From: Clostridia bacterium
GTDB taxonomy: Bacteria; Bacillota; Clostridia; Christensenellales; Borkfalkiaceae
Assembly (NCBI GenBank): GCA_021199295.1
Contig: JAJQII010000002.1
Span: 7,756-71,755, forward strand
Reading direction: 5' to 3'
DNA length: 64,000 nt
Positions within the stretch are counted from its first letter, which is position 1; each line of letters begins with the position of its first letter. A program made the position numbers and the translations under genes. Positions 48,050 to 56,674 of the stretch are shown here, piece by piece. Below the pieces are notes generated by a model. The model was given only the letters and a program-made list of their open reading frames with translations. It was not told where the DNA came from and made no database searches.

Positions 48050-49564
48050 TTATTTTTTAGGCTTCATTGTGGGGAACAATATTACGTCCCTTATGGTAGC
48101 GCTGTCGGTAAGCAGCATTACGAGCCTGTCCACGCCCATACCTAAACCGCCCGTGGGGGGAAGCCCGTATTCAAGGGCAGCCAGAAAGTCTTCGTCTACC
48201 TGCGCGTTGCAGCCGGGCTCTTGCGCCCTCTTTTCCTTTACCTGCTTTACAAAGCGTTCGCGCTGGTCTATGGGATCGTTGAGTTCAGAAAAGGCGTTGC
48301 CGAATTCGTGGCCGCATATAAAGTATTCAAACCTTTCGGTAAACGCAGTATCTGTAGGCTTGCGCTTCGCGAGAGGGGAATTTTCCACAGGATAATCGTA
48401 AATTATAGTGGGCTGCACGAGCTTGTCTTCGACAAACGCGTCAAAGAGCGCTATAAGCACATGCCCCTTGGTAGCCCTTTCGCCCTCTTCCACTTCCACG
48501 GCTAAATTTTTAGCGCATTCGCGGGCGGCGGCGTCGTCTGCCCAGCTGTCGAAGTCTGCCCCGCAGTACTCCTTTACTGCCTGCTTCATGGTAAGGCGCT
48601 TCCAGGGGGAGGCAAGGTCTATTTCCGTTCCCTGGTAGGTTATCACGCCGCTTCCGCACACGTTTTTGGCGATCGTGCGGTACATATCCTCTATAAGATC
48701 CATCATGCCGAAGTAATCGGTGTACGCCTCGTACATTTCAACGGTGGTAAATTCGGGATTGTGGAAAGCGTCCATACCCTCGTTGCGGAATATCCTGCCC
48801 ACCTCGTAGACCTTTTCCAGACCGCCGACTATAAGGCGCTTAAGGTACAGCTCGGTCTCTATGCGGAGGTACATATCTATGTCAAGGGCGTTGTGCTTTG
48901 TTTTAAAGGGGCGGGCGGCAGCGCCGATTTCGAAGGTGGTTAAAACGGGGGTATCCACTTCGAGATATCCGCGCCCGTCAAGATAGCTGCGTATTTCGCG
49001 GATAATGCGCGAACGCATGATAAAGGTATTTTTTACCTCGGGATTGACTATTAAGTCAAGGTCGCGCTGGCGGTATTTTATATCCATATTGGTGAGCCCG
49101 TGCTGCTTTTCGGGCAGGGGGCGCAGAGATTTAGAGAGCATCTCTATATGGTTGCAATGGATAGAAATTTCGCCCGTCTGCGTTTTGAACACAGTGCCGC
49201 GTACGCCTATTATGTCGCCGATATCGTAGTCCTTTTTATAAGCTATATAGTCGGCTTCGCCCACTTCGTCGCGTTTTACGTAAATCTGTATAAGCCCTTC
49301 GCGGTCGGAAAGGTGGGAAAAGGAAGCCTTACCCATAATGCGCCTTGACATAAGCCTGCCCGCGAGCGAAACCTCTTTGCCCTCCATACCGTCAAAATTT
49401 TCTTTGACTGTAAGGGAGTTCGCCGTTACGGTATACTTGGTCTTTTCGTAGGGGTTGTTGCCTTCGGATACAAGCTTGGCAAGTTTTTCCCTGCGTACCT
49501 GTGCCTGCTCGGCAAGCCTTTGGGTTTCTTCCTCTTCACTTAAAATTGCGTTATTCTCGTCCAT
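48050..49564 (-). CDS. lysS: lysine--tRNA ligase (class II)
   Basis: Trimmed to ATG 49564 (the track start 49582 is a TTG abutting the greA stop). ...FRNEGMDAFHNPEFT..., ...GLGMGVDRLVMLL... Confidence 0.95.
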   Translation of the reverse strand: MDENNAILSEEEETQRLAEQAQVRREKLAKLVSEGNNPYEKTKYTVTANSLTVKENFDGMEGKEVSLAGRLMSRRIMGKASFSHLSDREGLIQIYVKRDEVGEADYIAYKKDYDIGDIIGVRGTVFKTQTGEISIHCNHIEMLSKSLRPLPEKQHGLTNMDIKYRQRDLDLIVNPEVKNTFIMRSRIIREIRSYLDGRGYLEVDTPVLTTFEIGAAARPFKTKHNALDIDMYLRIETELYLKRLIVGGLEKVYEVGRIFRNEGMDAFHNPEFTTVEMYEAYTDYFGMMDLIEDMYRTIAKNVCGSGVITYQGTEIDLASPWKRLTMKQAVKEYCGADFDSWADDAAARECAKNLAVEVEEGERATKGHVLIALFDAFVEDKLVQPTIIYDYPVENSPLAKRKPTDTAFTERFEYFICGHEFGNAFSELNDPIDQRERFVKQVKEKRAQEPGCNAQVDEDFLAALEYGLPPTGGLGMGVDRLVMLLTDSATIRDVILFPTMKPKK

Positions 49565-49582
49565 AATTATTCCCGTATGCAA

Positions 49583-50056
49583 TCAGTCGATTTTTATTAT
49601 TTTAAGCTGGTAGCTCGAGCCGTCGGGGCAGGGTACGGTTACGACATCGCCCGTCTTGTGCCTCATAAGGGCAGCACCCACGGGGGATTCGCTGGATATT
49701 TTGCCGTTCATTACGTCAACGTCGGTAACGCTGGTTATAATGTAGGTATCCCTGTCGCCGAACTCGGCGTCTTCTACCGTCACTTTGCTGTTTAAATGTA
49801 CATAAGTGTTGTCGGTAATTTCAGTAACTATCTTTGCATTCTTTATCTGATATTCGAGCTGCTCTATCTTGCCTTCGTTAGAACGCTGTTCTTCACGCGC
49901 CGCGTCGTATTCAGCGTTTTCAGAAAGATCGCCGTGGCTGCGGGCTTCGGCTATACGCTCTATAATCTGCGGACGTTTAGTCATTACGAGATATTCCTTT
50001 TCCTTTACCAAATCATCGTAATTCTTTTGCGTCATTTCAAAAATCTGATCTGCCAT
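49583..50056 (-). CDS. greA: transcription elongation factor GreA
   Basis: 157 aa, ...ARSHGDLSENAEYDAAREEQ... Confidence 0.96.
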   Translation of the reverse strand: MADQIFEMTQKNYDDLVKEKEYLVMTKRPQIIERIAEARSHGDLSENAEYDAAREEQRSNEGKIEQLEYQIKNAKIVTEITDNTYVHLNSKVTVEDAEFGDRDTYIITSVTDVDVMNGKISSESPVGAALMRHKTGDVVTVPCPDGSSYQLKIIKID

Positions 50057-50155
50057 TTTAAACCTCTTTGCGCTTGCCAGAATTTTATCGGCAAGACGTA
50101 ATAAATTAGTGTGACTCCGCCTTAAAGGGAATCACACTTTTGCCTTTATATTTCT

Positions 50156-50184
50156 ATTATATATTTTGTTTGCCGATTTGTCAA
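50156..50184 (-). promoter_or_regulatory. consensus sigma-A promoter of greA-lysS
   Basis: Minus strand TTGACA, a 17-nt spacer, then TATAAT. A leader hairpin GTGTGA...TCACAC follows at about 50111-50137. Confidence 0.85.
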
Positions 50185-50238
50185 CCGCATAAGGGGCATA
50201 CACGGCAAAATATATCCCCGTTTGCAAGCTGCCTGCAC

Positions 50239-50976
50239 TTATTTTTTGAATACAAACAGGTATTCGTGCGCAAGCAATAAAAAGTTATACTTAACACTAT
50301 TCGTCTTCCAGAAACCCGTCGCTTTACAGTTATGCTGCTGCTTTATTATGATTTCTTTTGTTTTGAACCCTGCAAGTTCAAACAGCCGCATTGTTTCAAA
50401 AGCCAAAGGCTGCACCATCCCGTTTTTTCTGGTATCACCCATCAGAACTGCACAGAATTTATCTTTTTTCAGAACACGGTAAAATTCGTCTGCCACTTTG
50501 CCCATTTCGGCAAGAAACGGCTTCATGGATAATAATGACAAGTCGCCTTCTATGCCGTCGCTGTAATTTATAATATTCGCATACGGCGGGTGCGTACAAA
50601 TAAGATCTACACTTTCTTTATCCAGCGGTAATTGCCTTGCATCGCCCTGTAAAATGGATATATCTACGCCCGAATCATATTCAAAGGCACATTTTTTTAC
50701 AGAGAGATCTACCGCCAACGGGTTTATATCTATACCTATAAAATTTCTGCCGGTGAGCTTAGCTTCTACCGCCGTTGTTCCGCCACCGACAAAAGAATCC
50801 AATACGGTATCCCCTTCCGACGAATAACGTAAAATAACGTTGCGCGGTATATAAGGCGACCAGTTACCGCGATATTTTGCGTCATGCGTAGCCCACCTGC
50901 CACGCACAGGAAAGTCCCATACCGTGGTACTTTCTAGTTCAAAATTTTCAGGCTGTAAAGGTATCTTCTTTGCCAT
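50239..50976 (-). CDS. DNA (N6-adenine or N4-cytosine) methyltransferase, second MTase of the R-M island
   Basis: 245 aa. AdoMet motif VLDSFVGGGTT and catalytic CTHPPY; 1-nt gap from the upstream nuclease gene. Confidence 0.85.
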   Translation of the reverse strand: MAKKIPLQPENFELESTTVWDFPVRGRWATHDAKYRGNWSPYIPRNVILRYSSEGDTVLDSFVGGGTTAVEAKLTGRNFIGIDINPLAVDLSVKKCAFEYDSGVDISILQGDARQLPLDKESVDLICTHPPYANIINYSDGIEGDLSLLSMKPFLAEMGKVADEFYRVLKKDKFCAVLMGDTRKNGMVQPLAFETMRLFELAGFKTKEIIIKQQHNCKATGFWKTNSVKYNFLLLAHEYLFVFKK

Positions 50977-50977
50977 A

Positions 50978-51517
50978 TCAGTCGGTTACCAATTCTGGCG
51001 GTACGGGTAAACCCAATTTTGTAAGCGGAATATACTCAAAATAATAATCACAATCAACGGAATGTATATAGTCTAACACATCTTTATATTTGGGATCTTT
51101 GAACCAATCGTCGAGCAAATATATGTACTTGACGTCGATATTAGCCGGCGACATAAGCTTTTTATACTGCTTTTTCTTAAAATCACATGTCTGGAGTTTT
51201 TCATCAACCGATCCGGCTACCTGCTGATGCTTACACTCTATAATATGCAAAATATTATTTGACAATACATATATGCTATCGTCAGGATAGAGCTGTTTTG
51301 AAATATAGTCTTCCCAGTTTATATTCAGTTCCTTCAGAAATATATTATAAAATGCGTGTTTTTTAAATACCCTTGCCACAAGTTCGTTGTCGTAAAACAC
51401 TTTATCGGTCTCTACTGCATAATGAGGCTGTTTCGCAAGAAACGTAGCTAAATCAACTTCGCCTTCGAACACAAGTCCCGTTCGCGTGTTTCCTCCGCCT
51501 TTTCCGTTTTTTATCAT
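50978..51517 (-). CDS. small PD-(D/E)XK nuclease, putative type II restriction endonuclease
   Basis: 179 aa. YPDD...HIIECKHQ matches D...ExK. It sits between two MTase genes in one tight operon. Confidence 0.7.
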   Translation of the reverse strand: MIKNGKGGGNTRTGLVFEGEVDLATFLAKQPHYAVETDKVFYDNELVARVFKKHAFYNIFLKELNINWEDYISKQLYPDDSIYVLSNNILHIIECKHQQVAGSVDEKLQTCDFKKKQYKKLMSPANIDVKYIYLLDDWFKDPKYKDVLDYIHSVDCDYYFEYIPLTKLGLPVPPELVTD

Positions 51518-51527
51518 AATAACTCCT

Positions 51528-52595
51528 TTAATTGTGTATCAAAAGTTCACTTATTTTTCCGCGGGAATTGCCTTTACTGTTTACCGAACGCGCCGCATAA
51601 ATTCTTTCTATTTTGTAGTTGCTGTACAAATCATCAAAAAAATTATCTTCCTTGTTGGTATTTTTAGGATCAGAATTGCTTAAAACAAATTTTGCACCCT
51701 TGCCGTTAATTCGGTCTACATACTCCGCAAGGCGGCGCTGTTCGTTATCATCAAAAGCGTCTATGTTATAAGAAGTAAAACCCGATGTCTGCGAAATAGG
51801 GCGGTACGGCGGATCAATATACACGAAAGTATTTTCATCTATAAATTTCTCTGAAAGGGTATAATCGCCGCAAACGATTTCTACATTTTGTAACGCCGAC
51901 GATAAATTTATAAGATTAGCTTCGTCGCATATAGTGGGATTTTTATACGCCCCCATAGGTACGTTAAACTGCCCCTTTTTATTAACGCGGTAAAGCCCGT
52001 TAAAGCAAGTCTTGTTCAAAAAAATAAACTGGGCAGCTTTTACCACCGACGCACTACCGTTAAGTTGAACACTGTTAAATTTATCACGGACGGAATAATA
52101 GTAAAATTTTCTGCCGTTTTCATCCATAGGCAAAAATGATAGCTGCATTTCAGTAAGTTTGCTTATAAGCGGCTTTACGTCTGATTTTATCACATTGTAG
52201 GCATTAATAAGTTCCGCATTTGAATCGCTTACGTAAAAACTTTCAAAATTGTATTTAGAAAGCAAATCAAAGGCGAGCGCACCGCCGCCAACCATTGGCT
52301 CGGCATATTTTGTAATAACTTTGCCGCTATCAGAAAAAATATACTTTTCTATTTCGTCTGTAACCTGCGATTTACCGCCAGCCCATTTAACAAACGGCTT
52401 TATCGCAATTTTTTTTAATTTTTCGTTTTTTATTGTCCTTTTATCTACGGGCTTTTGTGCCGTGCTCGGAATTATCCACATGTTGCCGACCATCATTGCA
52501 CCGTCTATACGCTTTTCGCCACATAAAACAGAAACGCGCCTTGGCGATATATCCCACTTTTCAGCAGCTTCTTTTGCAGAAATAAAACTTAACAT
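51528..52595 (-). CDS. Dam-family (alpha-class) N6-adenine DNA methyltransferase with an N-terminal HTH domain
   Basis: Trimmed to ATG 52595 (AGGTGA upstream). FVKWAGGKSQ, AEPMVGGGA, YIDPPY. The N-terminus ISAKEAAEKWDISPRRVSVLCGEKRIDG is excisionase/MerR-type HTH-like. Confidence 0.88.
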   Translation of the reverse strand: MLSFISAKEAAEKWDISPRRVSVLCGEKRIDGAMMVGNMWIIPSTAQKPVDKRTIKNEKLKKIAIKPFVKWAGGKSQVTDEIEKYIFSDSGKVITKYAEPMVGGGALAFDLLSKYNFESFYVSDSNAELINAYNVIKSDVKPLISKLTEMQLSFLPMDENGRKFYYYSVRDKFNSVQLNGSASVVKAAQFIFLNKTCFNGLYRVNKKGQFNVPMGAYKNPTICDEANLINLSSALQNVEIVCGDYTLSEKFIDENTFVYIDPPYRPISQTSGFTSYNIDAFDDNEQRRLAEYVDRINGKGAKFVLSNSDPKNTNKEDNFFDDLYSNYKIERIYAARSVNSKGNSRGKISELLIHN

Positions 52596-52677
52596 ATTTT
52601 CACCTGAATATATTATATTCGAGAATGCGAATAAAAGCAAGTAAATTCTTGTTCAATTTAATAATATTATACACATT

Positions 52678-52702
52678 AAAAAAGCGCAGCCGACTGCTGC
52701 GC
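52678..52702 (-). terminator. terminator after the aminotransferase gene
   Basis: Minus strand GCGCAGC-AGTCG-GCTGCGC followed by TTTTTT. Confidence 0.85.
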
Positions 52703-52709
52703 TTTAATT

Positions 52710-53882
52710 TTACTTTTTAAGCGAATGGGCAAACGCCGTTATGCGGTCTATCGCCTCGGAAAGCTGAGCCATGCTCGTTGCATAAGAACAGCGCACGTGC
52801 CACTTGCCCGCCTCGCCGAACGCCGAACCGGGGACTACCGCCACTTTGTATTCTTCTAAAAGGCGGGTGGCGAACTCCTCGCCGTCCAGCCCCGACGACT
52901 GCACGCAGGGAAACACGTAAAACGCCCCCTTGGGGCTGAAGCAGGAAAGCCCTAACGCGTTGAAAGAGTTTACCATAAACCTACCCCTGCGGTCGTATTC
53001 TTCCCGCATTTCTTCCACTACGGCAAAATTATCAGCAAAACCCTCTACCAGAGCACCGTTCGCCGCGTGCTGGCTTACACGGGGCGCACACATTATGGCG
53101 TACTGGTGTATCTTGAACATAGCGTCGTCTATGGCGGCGGGGGCGCACACGTAACCCACGCGCCAGCCCGTCATGGCAAACGCCTTGGAAAAACCATTGA
53201 TAAGTACCGTTCGTTCGGACATATCCCCGATCGAAGCTATAGAAACGTGGTTGCCCACATAGGTAAGTTCGGCGTAAATCTCGTCAGAAATTACAAGCAG
53301 GTCGTGCTTTTTTATTACGGGAATAATAGCCTCGAGCTGTTCCCTCGTCATTATAGCGCCCGTGGGGTTGTTGGGGTAGGCTAAAATTATAGCCTTGGTC
53401 TTAGAGGTGCAGGCGCTCTCTATAAGCTCGGGCGTTACTATAAACTCATTTTCCGCCTTGCAGTTTAATGCCACAGGAGTGCCGTCGGCAAGGGAAACCA
53501 TGGGCGCGTAAGACACGTAGCAGGGCGATGGCACTAATATCTCGTCGCCCGGCTCGCATATGGCCCTGAAAACAAGGTCTATCGCCTCGCTCGCGCCGAC
53601 GGTGATTATGGTGTGGTCGGGGGAATAGTTTACGTTAAAGCGTTCCTTAAGATACCTGCACACGTTTGCACGCAGCTCAGGCAGCCCCCTGTTGCCCGTG
53701 TACTGGGTAAGCCCCTTCTTCACCGAACGGATGGCAGTATCGCGTATGCTCCACGGCGTTATAAAGTCGGGCTCGCCCACGCCGAGGGAGATAGCGTCCT
53801 TCATTTCGGCGACGATATCAAAAAATTTTCTTATTCCGCTGGGCTTAAGCTCGCCCGCGCGTTTATTTACAAAATCTCTCAT
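52710..53882 (-). CDS. pyridoxal-phosphate-dependent aminotransferase (class I, AspC-like)
   Basis: 390 aa, ...NPTG..., ...NGFSKAFAMTGWRVGY... Confidence 0.9.
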   Translation of the reverse strand: MRDFVNKRAGELKPSGIRKFFDIVAEMKDAISLGVGEPDFITPWSIRDTAIRSVKKGLTQYTGNRGLPELRANVCRYLKERFNVNYSPDHTIITVGASEAIDLVFRAICEPGDEILVPSPCYVSYAPMVSLADGTPVALNCKAENEFIVTPELIESACTSKTKAIILAYPNNPTGAIMTREQLEAIIPVIKKHDLLVISDEIYAELTYVGNHVSIASIGDMSERTVLINGFSKAFAMTGWRVGYVCAPAAIDDAMFKIHQYAIMCAPRVSQHAANGALVEGFADNFAVVEEMREEYDRRGRFMVNSFNALGLSCFSPKGAFYVFPCVQSSGLDGEEFATRLLEEYKVAVVPGSAFGEAGKWHVRCSYATSMAQLSEAIDRITAFAHSLKK

Positions 53883-53886
53883 ATTT

Positions 53887-54381
53887 TTATGGCTGGTAGC
53901 TCAGCCTGCCGTTGCTGTTTTCTATTTCAGTCATGTTAGCGCCTTCCACCTTGTACTTCTTTAAAATAAAGTGTGTAGCCGTGGAAAGCACGTTGTCGTA
54001 CGTGGATATACACTCCGAAACAAAACGGCTTACGTCTTTAAGCGACGAACTGTGCACGATAACCGCCAGATCGTAAGCACCGCTCATAAGATAGAGCGTT
54101 TTAACCTGGGGATATGCCGCAATCTCTTCGGCTATACGGTCGAAGCCGCTGCCGCGCTGGGGCGTGACTTTTACCTCGATAAGCGCCTCCACGCTGTCGT
54201 CTTCTATACAGTCGCTGTTTACTATCGCGCCGTATTTTACGATAATGCCGCGGGCTTCAAGCGATTTAATGGTCTTTTCCACCTCGCCTTCGGTAACGCC
54301 TAGCATAACCGCCATCTTTGCTGGGGTACGGCGGGAATCTTCGGTTACAAGGGCAATAATATCTTTTTCGAGCTTTTCCAT
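53887..54381 (-). CDS. Lrp/AsnC family transcriptional regulator
   Basis: Trimmed to ATG 54381 (AGGGAG upstream). MEKLEKDIIALVTEDSRRTPAKMAVMLGVTEGEVEKTIKSLEARGII... Confidence 0.85.
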   Translation of the reverse strand: MEKLEKDIIALVTEDSRRTPAKMAVMLGVTEGEVEKTIKSLEARGIIVKYGAIVNSDCIEDDSVEALIEVKVTPQRGSGFDRIAEEIAAYPQVKTLYLMSGAYDLAVIVHSSSLKDVSRFVSECISTYDNVLSTATHFILKKYKVEGANMTEIENSNGRLSYQP

Positions 54382-54561
54382 AGAAATCTCCCTTACGGCA
54401 GAAGTCCTGCCGAATGTCAACTTATTTAATATATAATAGTCTTTTACAAATAAAATGTCAAGTGTTGGGACAGTGTTGCAAACTTTGGCAAAAATCTTAC
54501 GTAAACGCTTGCGCAAACTGTTTATTTGGGTTAAAATAATTTAAACACGCGGGGTGGATAA

Positions 54562-54822
54562 ATGTTTAAAATCTGGGCGAGAATAGAAAAGGAACATAAA
54601 ATAGTAAAGCAGATAACCTACGAAAGCGACCGTAAATTCGCATGGGGCGAGTTTTTTAACTACCTTGCGGACATCTGCGAGGAACTCGACTGTGCCACGC
54701 CCATACTTTTAAAGACGCATATATTCAGTTACGCCAAATTCAACAGGGTGCGTTTTCTTCCGCGTGACTTTGCCGAAACGGTGAATTTTGACTACCTTGT
54801 TCTTGAAAATATAGTTTTATAA
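54562..54822 (+). CDS. hypothetical protein (86 aa)
   Basis: ORF with a terminator immediately downstream; no family recognised. Confidence 0.5.
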   Translation: MFKIWARIEKEHKIVKQITYESDRKFAWGEFFNYLADICEELDCATPILLKTHIFSYAKFNRVRFLPRDFAETVNFDYLVLENIVL

Positions 54823-54827
54823 ATGCA

Positions 54828-54872
54828 AAAACGGCTGGAGCGTTACCGCGACAGCCGTTTTATTTTTTTTGC
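54828..54872. terminator. bidirectional terminator between convergent small genes
   Basis: AACGGCTG-N14-CAGCCGTT flanked by an A-run and a T-run. Confidence 0.8.
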
Positions 54873-54888
54873 TTAAAAGCGCCCTGGA

Positions 54889-55056
54889 TTAAACAACGAT
54901 AAATACAATAAGGCACACTACTGCCGCTATAGCGGCAATTACGCCGAGAGTAGGCAAAAGGCAGCACATATGGCGGCGGGGAGGCGGTCTGTGATGCGGC
55001 CCGCCGTGCGGTCCGCCATGCGGGCCTCCGCCGTGAGGTCCTCCGGGTCCTGGCAT
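54889..55056 (-). CDS. 55-aa tail-anchored His/Gly/Pro-rich peptide
   Basis: Not in the ORF track. Own translation MPGPGGPHGGGPHGGPHGGPHHRPPPRRHMCCLLPTLGVIAAIAAVVCLIVFIVV. Strong RBS AAGGAGGGA 7 nt upstream. Confidence 0.6.
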   Translation of the reverse strand: MPGPGGPHGGGPHGGPHGGPHHRPPPRRHMCCLLPTLGVIAAIAAVVCLIVFIVV

Positions 55057-55177
55057 ATTATTTCCCTCCTTTTTTCAAAACATTTAGTGTATTATATTAT
55101 CGCATATTTTACTGTTAAAAGTCAATAGGTAAGGCAAATTTTATGCATAATGTATAAAAAGGAATACTTTATTCCGA

Positions 55178-55233
55178 AAGCTGAAGACAGCCCGACTTAG
55201 ATTGCCACGCCGCTAAAGCGGCTCGCAATGACA
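55178..55233 (+). repeat. solitary S unit
   Basis: AAGCTGAAGACAGCCCGACTTAGATTGCCACGCCGCTAAAGCGGCTCGCAATGACA. Confidence 0.9.
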
Positions 55234-55263
55234 AAAGATAGACTGGCGGCGGCTCAGAGTTCG

Positions 55264-55473
55264 TTACTTAATGCCGCGGTAAGGGCGGAAAGCGATAAGG
55301 GCATAGATATCGAACAGGGCGGCGACAAATCCGCAGGCAAGCACGGTGCGCACGGCGGTAATGTTGCCCAGGCACAAAAAGGCAAGCAGGTTAAAACCCG
55401 AAAAAGCGTACACGCCGCCGCAAAGACAGATAAAAATAAGTATGGCATTACACACGATAGCAGAAAGTCTCAT
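55264..55473 (-). CDS. possible 69-aa two-TM membrane peptide
   Basis: ATG-trimmed part of track ORF 55264-55512; hydrophobic; no clear RBS. Confidence 0.3.
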   Translation of the reverse strand: MRLSAIVCNAILIFICLCGGVYAFSGFNLLAFLCLGNITAVRTVLACGFVAALFDIYALIAFRPYRGIK

Positions 55474-55531
55474 ACAGTAAATATGTGCAGTTGCCCCCGT
55501 AATATGCCTCAACTAACGCGTATTTTTAAAA

Positions 55532-56446
55532 CTAAATATTCTCTATTTTTATTGATACTCCCGTGCCTGCATCCTGGTACATTACCCAGTAGCCGCCGTC
55601 TTCTACGGGTATGTAACTAGCCATTCCCTTAAGGCTTGGCGGGGGCGTCTTGCTGTTTTTAGACGGCACGCCGTAACATATACAGCGGGGAGAACTATCC
55701 ATATAAATGACGCCGAAAACGTAAAACTTACCCTTACCGTAACTTATTTTAGCCCAGCGCGAGCCCTCTATCAGCCTTTCGAGCCCCTCCTCGCGGGGAT
55801 ATGTAGCGAATATCCGCTCAATTTCAGGTTTCATCCTCTGGTAAAACCCGATATCCCGCGCAAGCGGCACAGGCTCTGCCTTATCCGCCTCTAATCCTTC
55901 CTGCGGCTCTTGGCGTACGCCGCCAGTATCCTCATCTTCTGCGCCGCCTGCCTCTTTTTGTTCTTCCTCTTTATTTTCGCATAAAGGGCTGCCGCCCTCA
56001 TCGCCGACGGTGTCGCCTTGCCTTTCATAATAATTTTCCTCTGCTATAGCCTCGTCATCGTAGGCGCTCCCTGCCCTCTCATCCCTTTCCACGGCACGCC
56101 GCGCATAATCCGCCGCAAAGCCGTAATCGCCACATATTGCCGTGGCAATTAAGCTTACCTCGCCCTTCAGCACAAAGCAGACGGCAGCCGCGAACCCGAA
56201 AGAAGTATCCACCTCGCTCTCCCCTTCGAAGCCCTCTTCGCCGAAAATTTCCTCGTTAGCCCCGTCGGACAACGCGACTATGTACCGCCCTTCGGAAAGG
56301 GGCGCGAAGTTTATAAACGTCACCCCCACGCGCAAAAAATTACCGTATCTTTCTGCCTTAACAAGTCCTGAAAGAGTTGCGCCGTCCGACGAAAACCCGC
56401 TTTTAGTTGCCTTAATAACCGCTATGTTTTTGGTATATCCTGCCAC
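55532..56446 (-). CDS. conserved hypothetical protein with an acidic central linker
   Basis: 304-aa ORF; C-terminal ...GKFYVFGVIYMDSSPRCICYGVP...GYWVMYQDAGTG; no family name recalled. Confidence 0.6.
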   Translation of the reverse strand: MAGYTKNIAVIKATKSGFSSDGATLSGLVKAERYGNFLRVGVTFINFAPLSEGRYIVALSDGANEEIFGEEGFEGESEVDTSFGFAAAVCFVLKGEVSLIATAICGDYGFAADYARRAVERDERAGSAYDDEAIAEENYYERQGDTVGDEGGSPLCENKEEEQKEAGGAEDEDTGGVRQEPQEGLEADKAEPVPLARDIGFYQRMKPEIERIFATYPREEGLERLIEGSRWAKISYGKGKFYVFGVIYMDSSPRCICYGVPSKNSKTPPPSLKGMASYIPVEDGGYWVMYQDAGTGVSIKIENI

Positions 56447-56607
56447 CTTTGAACCCGCCCGTTATAAAATTACGCTTTATTACATAATATATTTGCGCGG
56501 GCGCAATAATTTGCGGTTTTTTGCCTGAATATAAAATTGTTTGGCGTTTAACAAAAAATGTTACTCTTTACCGCATATATCCATAACAAAAAAGTTACAA
56601 AAAATAT

Positions 56608-56636
56608 TTGCTTTACGGCGAGTTTTGCCGTATAAT
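56608..56636 (+). promoter_or_regulatory. sigma-A-type promoter of pckG
   Basis: TTGCTT, a 17-nt spacer, then TATAAT, about 35 nt upstream of the RBS AAAGGAG. Confidence 0.75.
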
Positions 56637-56674
56637 TAATATGACACAAAATTTGATTTGAAAAGGAGTATAAT

